Shown: positions 20,258 to 31,643, counted from the stretch's first letter. The stretch: 64,000 nucleotides of DNA from Planctomycetota bacterium (GCA_965223505.1 CBDCWP010000041.1:64001-128000); one strand, 5' to 3'. A program made the numbers and translations. Notes: generated by a model not told the origin, from the letters alone.

Positions 20258-21841
20258 ATGATTCGCAAGTCGATTTCGATCCTGGCATTGGTTCTGTTGG
20301 GCGCAGCGACGACGGTCGAAGCCAACGACCGGCTGACACCGGGTGGAGGCCCCGGCGCACAACCAGGCGGCGCCGCGGGACGCGTCGCACCGGGTGCCGG
20401 ACGATCCGGCGCCGGCAAGACGCCTCAGGAGCTCTTGAAGGAACGCCGCGCGCGCGCCAAGTCCGAAAGCAAGCGCGGCGCTCGCACGGAAGAGGCCGGC
20501 GGCAACGAACCGATCGAGCGTCGCGCGCAGCCGCGCGACGGCAGCCTCGTCGGCCTCCAGGAGCAGCGCGTTCGCTTCGTCGCGGATCTCGCGCGCGTGG
20601 ACCTGACGCTCTCGATCGAGAACGTCGGCATGAGCCCGCTCGAGTGGCGACAGACGTACGCCATGGATCCGATGGCGGAGGTAGTGGGCGCCGTGCTCGT
20701 GCGCGCCGACATGCCGCCCGTCGAGTGCCGTACGTTGACCATCGAAGACGCGCGTCGCATCTACGACGAAGCGCGCATGCCGCGTCGTGATCGGCCGCGT
20801 CGCGCGCCCACCCGTCCGCGCTCGCCCGCCGACGACGGAACGGAGCTGCGCGATCCCCTTCGGCTGGAGCGCGTGGCGCGCGGGCAGCTCGAGATCATCG
20901 TGTGGCCCGTCGCGCCGAAGGAGACGGTGCAGGTCGCGCTTACGTTCGTCGCGCCGCTTCGGGGCAAGGGCCAGCTGCGCACGTTCGTCGATCCGCTCGG
21001 CGGTGACGGACCGCGCCGTCTCGCGCAGCCGAGCCGACCGCAGCCTCCGCGCTCGTCGGACGAGCTGCTCGTCACCGACAGCGCGGTTTGGAACGTCGAC
21101 CCGCGCGGCTTGATTCTCGACGCGGACCCGCACGGCATGTCGCTCGAGGGCGAAGGCGACGACGGCGTCCTGCGCTTCGTGGGCGTCAAGGGCACGAACG
21201 AGCAGTCGGAGCGTCCCAGCGCCGCTTTCCTCATCCCGGGCGAGCTGCCGGGCGCGATCGCCGTGAAGAGCGGGACCTTCGGCGGCCGACTGGCCACGTG
21301 GCGATTCGATCCGGCGGCGTTTCGGCGGGACCACGACATCCGGAGCGGCGCCGCGCTGCGCCTCGTCGATCGCAAGGGCACATCACGCCTCGCGCCGAAC
21401 GTGTTCGCGATGGACGGCGACGCCCTTCCGGTGACGGCACGCGTGAAGAGCGCCGCCAAGCGGTTCGCATACGCCGTCCAGGTGCTGGACGCGTCCGGTC
21501 GAGTCCTGAGTGAGCACGAGACGTCGATGGCGATCCTGCGCCACAAGTACGACCGCGAGCTCGAGGGCACGATCAGCGGATGGCACCGCGCCGCGATGGT
21601 GCAGCGTGTCTTCGGCTGGGCCGGCGAAGACGAGGCGAAGCAGGCGCGGGCGGTTCGCTACGCGGTGGACGTGGGCGTGCTCGTGCCGGGCACGGCGGCG
21701 CTTGCGGTGCCGCCGAAGGAGCGGCGTCGCTTGAGCGCGGTGTCGCGCCGCCTGTACTTCCAGGACGGCGCGCCGTTGGGTGCGCAGCGGCGCGAGGCCG
21801 ACATGACGGCGCCCCCCGAAGGCGCGATGACGATCAAGTAG
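20258..21841 (+). CDS. Secreted VIT (vault inter-alpha-trypsin) domain-like protein
   Basis: Signal peptide; ARVDLTLSIEN..EDARRIYDE..DPLRLE..IIVWPVAPKETVQVALTF pattern typical of VIT domains. Confidence 0.6.
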   Translation: MIRKSISILALVLLGAATTVEANDRLTPGGGPGAQPGGAAGRVAPGAGRSGAGKTPQELLKERRARAKSESKRGARTEEAGGNEPIERRAQPRDGSLVGLQEQRVRFVADLARVDLTLSIENVGMSPLEWRQTYAMDPMAEVVGAVLVRADMPPVECRTLTIEDARRIYDEARMPRRDRPRRAPTRPRSPADDGTELRDPLRLERVARGQLEIIVWPVAPKETVQVALTFVAPLRGKGQLRTFVDPLGGDGPRRLAQPSRPQPPRSSDELLVTDSAVWNVDPRGLILDADPHGMSLEGEGDDGVLRFVGVKGTNEQSERPSAAFLIPGELPGAIAVKSGTFGGRLATWRFDPAAFRRDHDIRSGAALRLVDRKGTSRLAPNVFAMDGDALPVTARVKSAAKRFAYAVQVLDASGRVLSEHETSMAILRHKYDRELEGTISGWHRAAMVQRVFGWAGEDEAKQARAVRYAVDVGVLVPGTAALAVPPKERRRLSAVSRRLYFQDGAPLGAQRREADMTAPPEGAMTIK

Positions 21842-21905
21842 GGAGCGCTGCTCGAGAGAGATGGCGTCCGAGCACGCGTTCCCCCACAGTCGGCCGCCTC
21901 CCTGC

Positions 21906-22286
21906 CTACCTGTCCTCTTCGACAGGCACGGGATCGCCCACCGGTGTCCACCCGACCTCGGGCCGTCGCGGCGGCCACGAGAACGGCGGGCGCTTCGCCG
22001 ACGCGACCGGCTGCGCCTGCGGCGCGGGCACCACGCTCTCCGGCATGCTGCTCGGATGCGGTGACACGGTCACCGGGTACGTGGCCGGCCGAACCCAGTA
22101 GCCGTCGGCGTTGGTCGCGTACGGCGTCGACAGTGCCGGCCCCGGCTGTGTCGGCGCGGTCGCCGCGCCGAGCGGCTCCGGTCCCTGGCTCGTTCGCGCG
22201 TCGCGCTGCGCGCTCGTCGTTCGACACCCGCCCGAAACCGCCATCACACAGACGACGGCGACTGCGGCCCACCAACACTGTTTCAT
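21906..22286 (-). CDS. Hypothetical Pro-rich lipoprotein
   Basis: MKQCWWAAVAVVCVMAVSGGC signal/lipobox-like; follows prmC. Confidence 0.55.
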   Translation of the reverse strand: MKQCWWAAVAVVCVMAVSGGCRTTSAQRDARTSQGPEPLGAATAPTQPGPALSTPYATNADGYWVRPATYPVTVSPHPSSMPESVVPAPQAQPVASAKRPPFSWPPRRPEVGWTPVGDPVPVEEDR

Positions 22287-22366
22287 CACGATCTGCGCTC
22301 CCGCCGACACGGCTGCAGCATAGGACTCAGCCGAGTCGCTGGCAAACGGACCCGTGCGCGGACGCC

Positions 22367-23230
22367 TTACGCAGGTTTGCGCGCCGTGACGATGCGCTCG
22401 ATGCCGCCGAGGTCCGTGACGGTCTCGATCGACGCGTAGCCGACCTGCGAGAGCGCCTCCCGTAGCGACGGTGCGGCGCCCGCCCCGACCTCGAGCGCCA
22501 GGAATCCGCCCGGCGCCAGTGCCTCCAGCGCCTGGGTCGCGATGCGCAGGGCGGTCTCGATCGGGTCGTCGCCCCAAACGTACAGCGCCTGATCCGGCTC
22601 GTGCTCGCGCACGCCGCGCTCGACGGTGGGATCGCCTCTCACGATGTACGGCGGGTTCGAGACCACGGCATCGAAGACCCCGAACGCCCCATCACCCCGA
22701 AGGGGCGCCAGCAGGTCGCCGGCGTGAAGGGCCAGCCGGTCCGCGACCTGGTGCCGCTCGGCGTTCGCGCGGGCGACCTCGAGGGCGGCCGCCGACACGT
22801 CCACCGCGTGGCCGCGCGCGTCCTCGCACGCGTGGAGGACGGCCACGGCCACGCAGCCGGACCCCGTACCGACGTCCACGAACGTGGGCGCGTCCGACAC
22901 GGCCGCAAGCGCCTCGATCGCGACCTCGACCAGGTGCTCCGTCTCCGGCCGCGGGACGAGCACGCGCTCGTCCACCTCGAACGTCAGCGAGTAGAACTCG
23001 CGCTCCCCCACCAGGTACGCGACCGGCCGGTGATCCCCCCGCCCGCGAACCAGCTCGCGGATCGCCGACAGCTCCTCGTCGTCGAGCGGGCGGTCGAACT
23101 GCAGATAGAGGTCGAGCCGGCCAACACCGAGGGCGTGCGCCATCAACAGCTCCGCGTCCAGACGCGGCGAGTCGACGTCACGCTTGGTCAGCCACTCCGT
23201 CGAGCGCTTCAGGACGTCGAGGACGGTCAG
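22367..23230 (-). CDS. prmC: Release factor glutamine methyltransferase PrmC/HemK
   Basis: SPRLDAELL, PVAYLVGEREFY, VLVPRPETE, DVGTGSG, VSNPPY; start uncertain (CTG at 23230 overlapping upstream TGA). Confidence 0.93.
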   Translation of the reverse strand: MTVLDVLKRSTEWLTKRDVDSPRLDAELLMAHALGVGRLDLYLQFDRPLDDEELSAIRELVRGRGDHRPVAYLVGEREFYSLTFEVDERVLVPRPETEHLVEVAIEALAAVSDAPTFVDVGTGSGCVAVAVLHACEDARGHAVDVSAAALEVARANAERHQVADRLALHAGDLLAPLRGDGAFGVFDAVVSNPPYIVRGDPTVERGVREHEPDQALYVWGDDPIETALRIATQALEALAPGGFLALEVGAGAAPSLREALSQVGYASIETVTDLGGIERIVTARKPA

Positions 23231-23925
23231 CGCCGGCGACGTCCGCCACCACCCTGCTCGGCCTTCACGGCCTTCGCTTGCTGGTGTCCGCTCATCAAGC
23301 CCTTGAGGATCAGGATGACGACGAGCGCGCCGCCGATGGTCAACAGCCAGTAGCCCGGCCCGATGGTCGACATGGGCACCATCGCGTCGTCGAGCGCGGT
23401 CTTCTCCAGGCCCTCGGTGTTCTCGAGGTAGTCCTTGGCCGCTTCCCATTGCGCGGAGCCGATGCCCTTGGTGATCCCGCCGATGCCGACCCACAGCGCG
23501 ATCAACGCGTTGAGGACGTACGGCCAGACCTTCATCTGTCGGCCGATGAGGTAGAAGACGAAGTTCCAGAAGCCGTACAGCGCGAGCGCGAAGATGAACG
23601 CGCCGCGCGTCGAGTCCAGGCCGTTCATGACGCCCGGACCGCCGTGCTCCATCCAGGAAGCGCCGCGGGTCCACGCGACGAGCGCCCCGGTGAAGAACAG
23701 GCAGTTCGCGAACAGGAACGCGAAAATCTCCTTGTGCAGCAGGTGCCAGGACGCGCGCGCGCGCATCTGGTCCTCTTCCGCTTCGGCCAGCAGGGCGCCG
23801 GCGTCGATCTCGGCGCCTTCGCCGAACTCTTCTTCGAACGCGGCTTCCTCAGCGTGGTCGTCGGCCATCGCCCCGTCGTCGCCGCTCTCGTCCACCAGGT
23901 CGTCGCCGTTGGGTTCGTCGGTCAT
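23227..23925 (-). CDS. Hypothetical integral membrane protein (about 4 TM, acidic N-terminus)
   Basis: GGAG-type RBS, four hydrophobic segments, located between prfA and prmC. Confidence 0.75.
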   Translation of the reverse strand: MTDEPNGDDLVDESGDDGAMADDHAEEAAFEEEFGEGAEIDAGALLAEAEEDQMRARASWHLLHKEIFAFLFANCLFFTGALVAWTRGASWMEHGGPGVMNGLDSTRGAFIFALALYGFWNFVFYLIGRQMKVWPYVLNALIALWVGIGGITKGIGSAQWEAAKDYLENTEGLEKTALDDAMVPMSTIGPGYWLLTIGGALVVILILKGLMSGHQQAKAVKAEQGGGGRRRR

Positions 23926-24134
23926 GGCGCTGGAGTCCTCCCTGTCTGCATCGGTCGCGGAATCCTACGGGAATCCGGGAGCAACCGCCAATCCGGGAAC
24001 GGTCCGGCGCCATGGAGGTTCAACCCGACTTCGGGGCCCCCGGACAGCCGCGTCCGGGGCCGGCTCGCAGGGGTTCGATTGCGCGTGCGCGGTCGTCCGT
24101 TCCCCTACCGGGGTCCTCCCGAGAGACCGCGCCC

Positions 24135-25217
<1,083 letters not shown>

Positions 25218-25290
25218 GGCTTCGTGTCCTCGGTTCAGCGTTCGGCGAACCGTCTGAAGCTACGCTGCGATTCGCGCGACGCGGCGACTT

Positions 25291-25626
25291 CTATTCGGCG
25301 TCGTCCTTCGCGGGCTCGTCGGCGCTCTGCTCGGCCGCGGCCGGCGCCGGTGCGGGCTCCGCCTTCTTCTTCTGCTTCCGGCCGTAGTTGCTGCCGTACT
25401 TGCTGCGGAACTTGTCGATGCGGCCGGCGGTGTCCACGAAGCGCTGCTTGCCCGTGTAGAAGGGGTGCGACGCCGAGGAAATGTCGAGGCGGATGACGTA
25501 GTGCTCCACGCCGCCGATCTCGCGCGTCTCCTTGCTCGTCATGGTCGAGCGCGAGACGAACTCGAACTCCGCGCCGATGTCCACGAACACGACGGGGTGG
25601 TACTTGGGATGGATGCCGTCCTGCAT
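25291..25626 (-). CDS. rpmE2: 50S ribosomal protein L31 type B (Zn-independent)
   Basis: [35 protein letters not shown]; no Cys. Confidence 0.93.
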   Translation of the reverse strand: MQDGIHPKYHPVVFVDIGAEFEFVSRSTMTSKETREIGGVEHYVIRLDISSASHPFYTGKQRFVDTAGRIDKFRSKYGSNYGRKQKKKAEPAPAPAAAEQSADEPAKDDAE

Positions 25627-25762
25627 GACTGCGCCTCGAATGGCCCTTTGGGTCTGAAATCCGGGCCGAAGGCGGCGACTGTATACCGGCCTCGCCGGGA
25701 GGCAAAGCTGAGCCCTAGGTGCGGATCGTGCAGTCCCGGCGCGGCCGGCTTGCAGGGCTGGA

Positions 25763-26317
25763 TCACTTCCCGGAGGGCGCGCCCTCGGCGGGGGCCTCGA
25801 CTGGGGCCTTCGCGGGCGCCGCCGAGGAGGTTCTCGCCGGGCTCTTCGGGGGCGCGTACTGCTCCGGCAGAGCCGGCTCGGGGGTGCTCCAGCGGCCGCG
25901 GCCGTCCAGGCTCATGAGAACCCGAAACGTCTCGTCGCCGCCGACGATGATCGCCAGCTCCAGCCAGTCGAGGCGCGTCGCGCTCACCAGCTGCTGCACC
26001 TCCGTGGCGATCGCGAGGGCCATGGCGCGCAGACCGCCGCGCTTCGTCAGTACCTCCCGGGTGGGCTCGACCTCCACCACGACGCCGCTGGTGTCCTTGT
26101 CGCGGTTCAAACGGATCTCGTTGGCCCCTCCGCGGGACGAGCGTGTGAAGACCTTGCTGTCCGGCTCGATCAGCCGGCGCACCGTCAAGGCCGCCGCCAG
26201 CTCTTTGCCGACTCTGAGGTCTCGCTCCATCGGCCCGAGCAGCGTGTTCGCGGCCATCAGCATGGCGCTGAAGGCGATCAGTAGGACGAACAGCACGACG
26301 ACGCTGGACTTGCGCAT
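25763..26317 (-). CDS. Hypothetical exported or membrane-anchored protein
   Basis: N-terminal hydrophobic segment, GC-rich third codon positions, fills intergenic space. Confidence 0.65.
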   Translation of the reverse strand: MRKSSVVVLFVLLIAFSAMLMAANTLLGPMERDLRVGKELAAALTVRRLIEPDSKVFTRSSRGGANEIRLNRDKDTSGVVVEVEPTREVLTKRGGLRAMALAIATEVQQLVSATRLDWLELAIIVGGDETFRVLMSLDGRGRWSTPEPALPEQYAPPKSPARTSSAAPAKAPVEAPAEGAPSGK

Positions 26318-26400
26318 GGGGACCCAACCAAAGCCTAACTGAAGACGTCAGCCGGCTTACCCCACCTATCGGCCCGTTCCGGGGGCTCTCCTGAGCGCCG

Positions 26401-26979
26401 TCAGACGCTGCCGTGCTCGTCGAGCAGATAACGGACGAGACGGATCGGCAGGCCTACGACGTTGTCCCGGTCGCCCTCGATCGCGGCCACGAAGCCCGAT
26501 GCGCCGCCCTGGATGGCGTACGCGCCGGCCTTGTCGAGCGGCTCCCCCGTGGCGACGTACGCATCGATCTCTTCGTCCGACAGCTCTCGAAACGTCACCC
26601 ACGTCGTGTCGGCTACGACGGTTCGAGAGCTGCGCCCTTCGGTCTTGCTGACGAGCGCGACGCCGGTGCAAACGCCGTGGGTGCGGCCCGACAAGGAGCG
26701 CAGCATGCGCACTGCGTGGGCGGAATCCGAAGGCTTGCCCAACACATCCGCTTCGCGAAACACGAGGGTGTCCGCCGCGAGGACGACGTCCCCCGGGCAC
26801 TGATCGATCACGGCGTCGGCCTTGCGCCTTGCGAGCAACCTGACCGCGTCCTCGGGCGTGGTCCAGGCCGGGAAGGACTCGTCGACATCGGGGAACGGGC
26901 CGAGCTCGAACTCGATGCCCGCCGCGTGCAGCAGGTCCGCGCGTCGCGGGCTGCGGCTCGCAAGTCGAAGACGAGGCAA
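26401..26979 (-). CDS. maf: Maf family nucleotide pyrophosphatase
   Basis: LASRSPRR, AADT, GKP, LSGRTH, DKAGAYAIQG, NVVGLP. Confidence 0.93.
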   Translation of the reverse strand: MPRLRLASRSPRRADLLHAAGIEFELGPFPDVDESFPAWTTPEDAVRLLARRKADAVIDQCPGDVVLAADTLVFREADVLGKPSDSAHAVRMLRSLSGRTHGVCTGVALVSKTEGRSSRTVVADTTWVTFRELSDEEIDAYVATGEPLDKAGAYAIQGGASGFVAAIEGDRDNVVGLPIRLVRYLLDEHGSV

Positions 26980-26982
26980 GCG

Positions 26983-28221
26983 CTACTTCCGGCGCTTCTT
27001 CTTCGCCGCCTTCTTCTTGGCCTTCTTCTTCGCCGCCTTCTTCTTCGCCTTCTTCTTGGCCGGCGCGCGCTTCTTGGTCGCGGCCTTGCGCTTGGCGGGC
27101 TTCTTCTTGGCCGACTTCTTGCGCGCGGCCATTGCCTTCTTCTTGGCGGCGGCCTTCTTCTTCGCGAGCGCAGCCTTCTTCTTGGCGGCGGCCTTCTTCT
27201 TCGCGATGGCCTTCTTCTTGGCGGCGGCCTTCTTCTTTGCCATCGCCTTCTTCTTGGCGGCGGCCTTCTTCTTCTTGATGGCCATGGCCTTCTTCTTCGC
27301 GATGGCGGCGGCCTTGCGCTTCTTCGCCATCTCGACCCGCTTCTTCGCGGCCTCGGCCTTCTTGCGGGCCGCCTCTTCGCGGCGGCGCTTCATCTCTTCC
27401 TGGCGGCGGGCCTTCTCCTCCGCGCGCTCGCGCTTGATGCGCTCGCGCTCCTCGGCCTTGCGCCGGCGCTCCTCTTCGAGCTTGCGCTCGCGCTCTTCGG
27501 CCTTGCGGCGCGCTTCCTCGCGCTTGCGCTCTGCCTCGCGAATCGCGATCTCCTTGGCCTTGACGCGGATCAGGAGCTTGCCGAACGGGTGGTTCGGATC
27601 GAGGTCGTCCTCCATGAACTTGGAGGTCATCCCCATGAGCCACGTGAACCGCATTCGGTCGGCGGGCTTCACCTTCTTCTCGACGGCGATGCGAACGCGC
27701 TCGGGCGTCTTGCTGCGCGGCAGCATACCGAGCCGATCGAGCAGGTGTTCCTCCTGCGGACCGAACGCCAGGCGCTTTTCGCCGAGCGCGAGCTGGAAGA
27801 CGACGGCGGCGGGACCGCCGGGGATGTTCGGCAGGTCCTTCAAGAACGCGCGCTGATCTTCCGGTGTACGGCCGCGCAGCGGCTCGAGATCGAGTCCGTG
27901 CGAACCGTCCCAGACGTCCTGCAACGACATGCGCAGCTTGTCGGCCGCTTCACGGCGCTTCGCCGCGGGAACGAAGCGCTCGAGCAGCTTCTCGATTTCG
28001 CTGAGGGGGCTGACCCGCACCTCGTTGAAGTCGAGAACCTGCCCGGAGATGTACCGGATCGCGCCGCGCGCCTTGTCGGCCGACGTGTAGAGCCCGAGCA
28101 CACAGACCATCAGGTGGTCGATCAGGGGATCGTCGATGCGCTCGGCGAAGACGGGCTCGCCGTGCATCTTGTCGAGGATCTTGAGCACCTCGTCGATCGA
28201 GGGCTTCTTCACAGCGGCCAT
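26983..28221 (-). CDS. Degenerate HhH-GPD/endonuclease III-fold protein with coiled coil and histone H1-like Lys/Ala tail
   Basis: N-terminal about 220 aa aligns by eye to Nth-type helical pattern (DFNEVRVSPLSEI, LDLEPLR, LKDLPNI, LLDRLG); C-terminal KKKAAAKKKA repeats. Confidence 0.6.
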   Translation of the reverse strand: MAAVKKPSIDEVLKILDKMHGEPVFAERIDDPLIDHLMVCVLGLYTSADKARGAIRYISGQVLDFNEVRVSPLSEIEKLLERFVPAAKRREAADKLRMSLQDVWDGSHGLDLEPLRGRTPEDQRAFLKDLPNIPGGPAAVVFQLALGEKRLAFGPQEEHLLDRLGMLPRSKTPERVRIAVEKKVKPADRMRFTWLMGMTSKFMEDDLDPNHPFGKLLIRVKAKEIAIREAERKREEARRKAEERERKLEEERRRKAEERERIKRERAEEKARRQEEMKRRREEAARKKAEAAKKRVEMAKKRKAAAIAKKKAMAIKKKKAAAKKKAMAKKKAAAKKKAIAKKKAAAKKKAALAKKKAAAKKKAMAARKKSAKKKPAKRKAATKKRAPAKKKAKKKAAKKKAKKKAAKKKRRK

Positions 28222-28243
28222 GCAGCAGCTCCGGTAGCGTTCG

Positions 28244-28540
28244 CTAGGTCGACTTCTTTTCGCGACCCGTACGGCGGCGCTTGGGCTTCGCGACGACGAC
28301 ACCGCGCTTGCGCAGGAAGCTGCGGACGGTGTCCGAGACCTGCGCGCCCTGGCCGATCCAGTGCTGGATCCGGTCGACGTCGAGCGTGACCTTCTGCTCT
28401 TCATCCTCGATCAACGGGTCGTAGTGACCCAGGTACTCGATCGGCGTCCCGTCGCGCCGGGTGCGCTGGTCGAAGACCCCCACGCGGAAGTGCGCGCGGT
28501 TGCGGCGCCCCTGGCGGGACAAGCGAATCACTGTTGCCAT
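28244..28540 (-). CDS. rpsP: 30S ribosomal protein S16
   Basis: VIRLSRQG..RRDG..IEYLGHYDP..WIGQGAQVSDTV. Confidence 0.95.
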   Translation of the reverse strand: MATVIRLSRQGRRNRAHFRVGVFDQRTRRDGTPIEYLGHYDPLIEDEEQKVTLDVDRIQHWIGQGAQVSDTVRSFLRKRGVVVAKPKRRRTGREKKST

Positions 28541-28616
28541 CGATGCGTTCCCTTCATTCGGGGCCGTGCGCCCCAAAGAATCGCGAGCCCGGAAGTGTAG
28601 GCCGGGCTCGGAAAAC

Positions 28617-30048
28617 CTACCTCTTCTTGCCCTTGCGGTTGTCTTTCGGGGTGAACCAGCCCTTGATGTCGGCCCCGTCCTTCTTGAGCTGCTTGAGCCG
28701 CTTGGACTTCTGGCGCCTCATGGCCTTGTCGGCCATGCGGCCCATCAGGCCTTGCTTCTTCAGGTCCTTCATCTGGCGCCGCATCTGCTTGTGCATCTTG
28801 AGCACCTCGTTGACGGTCGCCACGGAGGTGCCGGAGCCCCGGGCCGCCCCGGTGGCGGCGCTGCATGTGGATGATCGTGGGATCCGCTCGCTCCTGCGGG
28901 GTCAGGGAGGAGATCACCGCGACCCAGCGCCGCATCTCGTCGTTCTGGGGCATGTCCCCCATCTGCGACTCGTCGATCTGGGCCATGCCGGGGATCTTCT
29001 TCATGAGATCCCGCATGTTGCCCATCTTCGTGATCTGCTCGAACTGGGTGCGCATGTCGTCGAGCGTGAAGCGGTCCATGAAGAGCCGCTCGGCGGCTTC
29101 CTGGGCCTTCTCCTGGTCCACGACCTCCTGGGCCTGCTCGACGAGGCCGACCACGTCGCCCATGCCGAGGATGCGCGACGCCATGCGGTCCGGAACGAAC
29201 GACTCCAGCGCGTCGAGCTTCTCGCCGACACCGACGTAGCGGATCGGCTTGGTGGTGACCTCGCGGATCGCCAGCGCGGCGCCGCCGCGCGCGTCGCCGT
29301 CGGCCTTGGTCAGCACGACGCCGGACAGCTCCAGGCGCTGATTGAACTCGTACGCGCTCGTGACGGCGTCCTGGCCCTGCATCGCGTCCACAGCGAGCCA
29401 GATCTCCTCCGGATCGATCGCGTCGCGGATGTCCTCGAGCTCGTCCATGAGGTCGTCGTCGATGTGCAGCCGGCCGGCCGTGTCGAGCAGCACCACGTCA
29501 CAGCCGAGCTCGATCGCTTTCTTGACACCGCGCTTGCAGATCTTGGGCGGCCGACCGCCGTCCTCGAAGTAGACGGGCACGTCGATCTGTTGCCCGAGCA
29601 CCTTGAGCTGTTCGATGGCGGCGGGACGCTGGACGTCGGCGGCGACCATCAGCGGCTTCTTCGATTCGCGCTTCTTGAGACGGCGCGCCAGCTTCGCGGT
29701 CGTGGTCGTCTTGCCCGTACCTTGCAGACCCACCATCATGATGACGGTCGGGCCCTTGCTGCTCCAGGCGATGCGGGTCTCTTCGCCGCCGAGCAGCGCT
29801 ACCATCTCGTCCTGGACGATCTTGATGAACTGGTCGGAGGGCTTGACGCCCTTGAGCGTCTCGATGCCGAGCGCCTGCTCGCGCACGCGCGCGACGAACT
29901 CCTTGACGACGCGCAGGTTCACGTCGGCTTCGAGCAGCGCCTTGCGGACGGCGGCGATGCCCTCGTCGATGTTCTTCTCGGTCAGGCGGCCGGTGCGGCT
30001 CAGGCCGGAGAAGATCTGCGAGAAGCGATTGGCGAGGGTGTCGAACAA
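28617..30048 (-). CDS. ffh: Signal recognition particle protein Ffh; apparent +1 frameshift at ~28847-28850
   Basis: ALLEADV, GLQGTGKTT, DTAGR, TKADGDARGG, RILGMGD; M-domain RRHR..ARGSGTSVATVN continues in another frame after a G-run. Confidence 0.93.
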
Positions 30049-30204
30049 GGGCGCTAGATCCCGTCAAATGGGGTTTGGGGCCCAATCCGGGGGCCGAACG
30101 GGACATTGAACCATTGGGGGGCGGGGGACGAAGGGAAGGAGGGGGTGCCTGGAGATCAGGGGCGCGGGTCGCGAGGCGCTCGGTTCCGGGCTGTCGCCCA
30201 TGCT

Positions 30205-30294
30205 TCCCGGGAGACGGGATGCGGGAAGCGGGAGACGGGACTTCGCTCCGAGGTACCGGTTCCCGTGTCCCGTTTGCCGTCTTCCGGTTCCCGG
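30205..30294. repeat. Intergenic palindromic element built of CGGGANN heptamers (copy 2)
   Basis: CGGGAGA CGGGATG CGGGAAG CGGGAGA CGGGACT TCGCTCC..inverted TCCCG-type heptamers; related to 3525-3628. Confidence 0.75.
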
Positions 30295-30350
30295 CAGGCG
30301 TGCCACGCAAGCGACGCTCGGTCGAGGTGTCGCTCTCGTCCCACGCTTTC

Positions 30351-31643
30351 CTACGCGGGAACCCCCTCATGCACGGGATTGGTCCGCCGGATCCGCGCCC
30401 CCAGCGCCTCGAGCTTCGCCTCGATGCGCTCGTACCCGCGGTCGATGTGATAGACGCGCTCCACCACCGTCGTGCCGCGCGCCGCGAGACCGGCCACCAC
30501 CAGCGCCGCCGACGCGCGCAGGTCCGACGCCATCACGTGACAGCCCGACACGTGATCCACCCCCTGCACCATCGCCGTCGCGCCCTCCTTGCGAATGTGC
30601 GCGCCCATGCGCTGCAGCTCCGCGATGTGGATGAATCGCTCCGGGTAGATTTTCTCCGTGACGAAGCTGTTCCCGTCCGCCACCGACAGCAACGCCATGA
30701 ACTGCGCCTGCAGATCGGTCGGGAAGCCCGGGTAGGGCAGCGTCACGACGTCCACGGGCCGCGGCCGCTCGCAACCGCGCACCCGCAGCGCGCCGTCGTC
30801 GCGGCGCTCGATGTCCACCCCCATCTGGCCCAGCAACGCCATCGGCGCCGTCAGGCTCGCCGCGTTCGCGCCGCGAATGACGACGTCGCCGTTCGTCATC
30901 GCCGCCGCGCACGCCAGCGTGCCCGCCTCGATGCGGTCCGGAATGATCCGGTACGTCGTCCCCGTCAGCCTGTCCACGCCCTCGACGTGGAGCGTCGGGC
31001 TGCCGATGCCCGCGATCTTCGCGCCCATCGCGACGAGGAACCGCGCCAGATCGACGACCTCCGGCTCGCACGCCGCGCTCTGGATCACCGTCGTGCCGGG
31101 CGTGAGCACGGCCGCGCACAGGACGTTCGAGGTGCCCGTCACGGTCGGGCCGAACGGCCCGCCCATGTAGATCTCGCGCGCGCCACGCAGCGGCCGCCCG
31201 ACGGCCCGGATGTAGCCGCCGTCGATCTCGACCTCCGCCCCCAGCGACACGAGCCCGGCGATGTGCAGATCGACCGGCCGCGGGCCGAGGACGCAGCCTC
31301 CGGGAAAGCTCACCTCCGCGCGCTTGCGCCGGCCCACGAGGGGCCCGAGAACGCAGATCGAGGCGCGCATCGTCTTGACCAGCTCGTAGGGCGCCCGGAT
31401 CCGGCCGGGATCCTCGACCTCCGTGACGATCGCGCCGTCTTCGATCCGCTCGGCGCGCACCCCCAACGTGCCGAGGATCTTCAGCATCGTGTCGATGTCG
31501 CGCAGCCGCGGCACGCCTTCGATCCGGCACGGGCCGTCCGCGAGCAGCGTCGCCGCCAGGATCGGCAGGGCCGCGTTCTTGGCGCCGCCGACCTCCACCT
31601 CGCCGCGAAGCGCCACTCCGCCGTCGATCTCGAACTGGTCCAT
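30351..31643 (-). CDS. murA: UDP-N-acetylglucosamine 1-carboxyvinyltransferase
   Basis: GAKNAALP, MRAS, PGGC.LG.RPVDLH, IPDRIEAGT, PYPGFPTDLQ, DLRA, HIDRGYE. Confidence 0.97.
   Translation of the reverse strand: MDQFEIDGGVALRGEVEVGGAKNAALPILAATLLADGPCRIEGVPRLRDIDTMLKILGTLGVRAERIEDGAIVTEVEDPGRIRAPYELVKTMRASICVLGPLVGRRKRAEVSFPGGCVLGPRPVDLHIAGLVSLGAEVEIDGGYIRAVGRPLRGAREIYMGGPFGPTVTGTSNVLCAAVLTPGTTVIQSAACEPEVVDLARFLVAMGAKIAGIGSPTLHVEGVDRLTGTTYRIIPDRIEAGTLACAAAMTNGDVVIRGANAASLTAPMALLGQMGVDIERRDDGALRVRGCERPRPVDVVTLPYPGFPTDLQAQFMALLSVADGNSFVTEKIYPERFIHIAELQRMGAHIRKEGATAMVQGVDHVSGCHVMASDLRASAALVVAGLAARGTTVVERVYHIDRGYERIEAKLEALGARIRRTNPVHEGVPA

Noticed and set aside
26822..27856. Poly-Phe/Ala hydrophobic ORF on the plus strand
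   Set aside because: It is simply the reverse complement of the Lys/Ala-repeat tail of 26983-28221.
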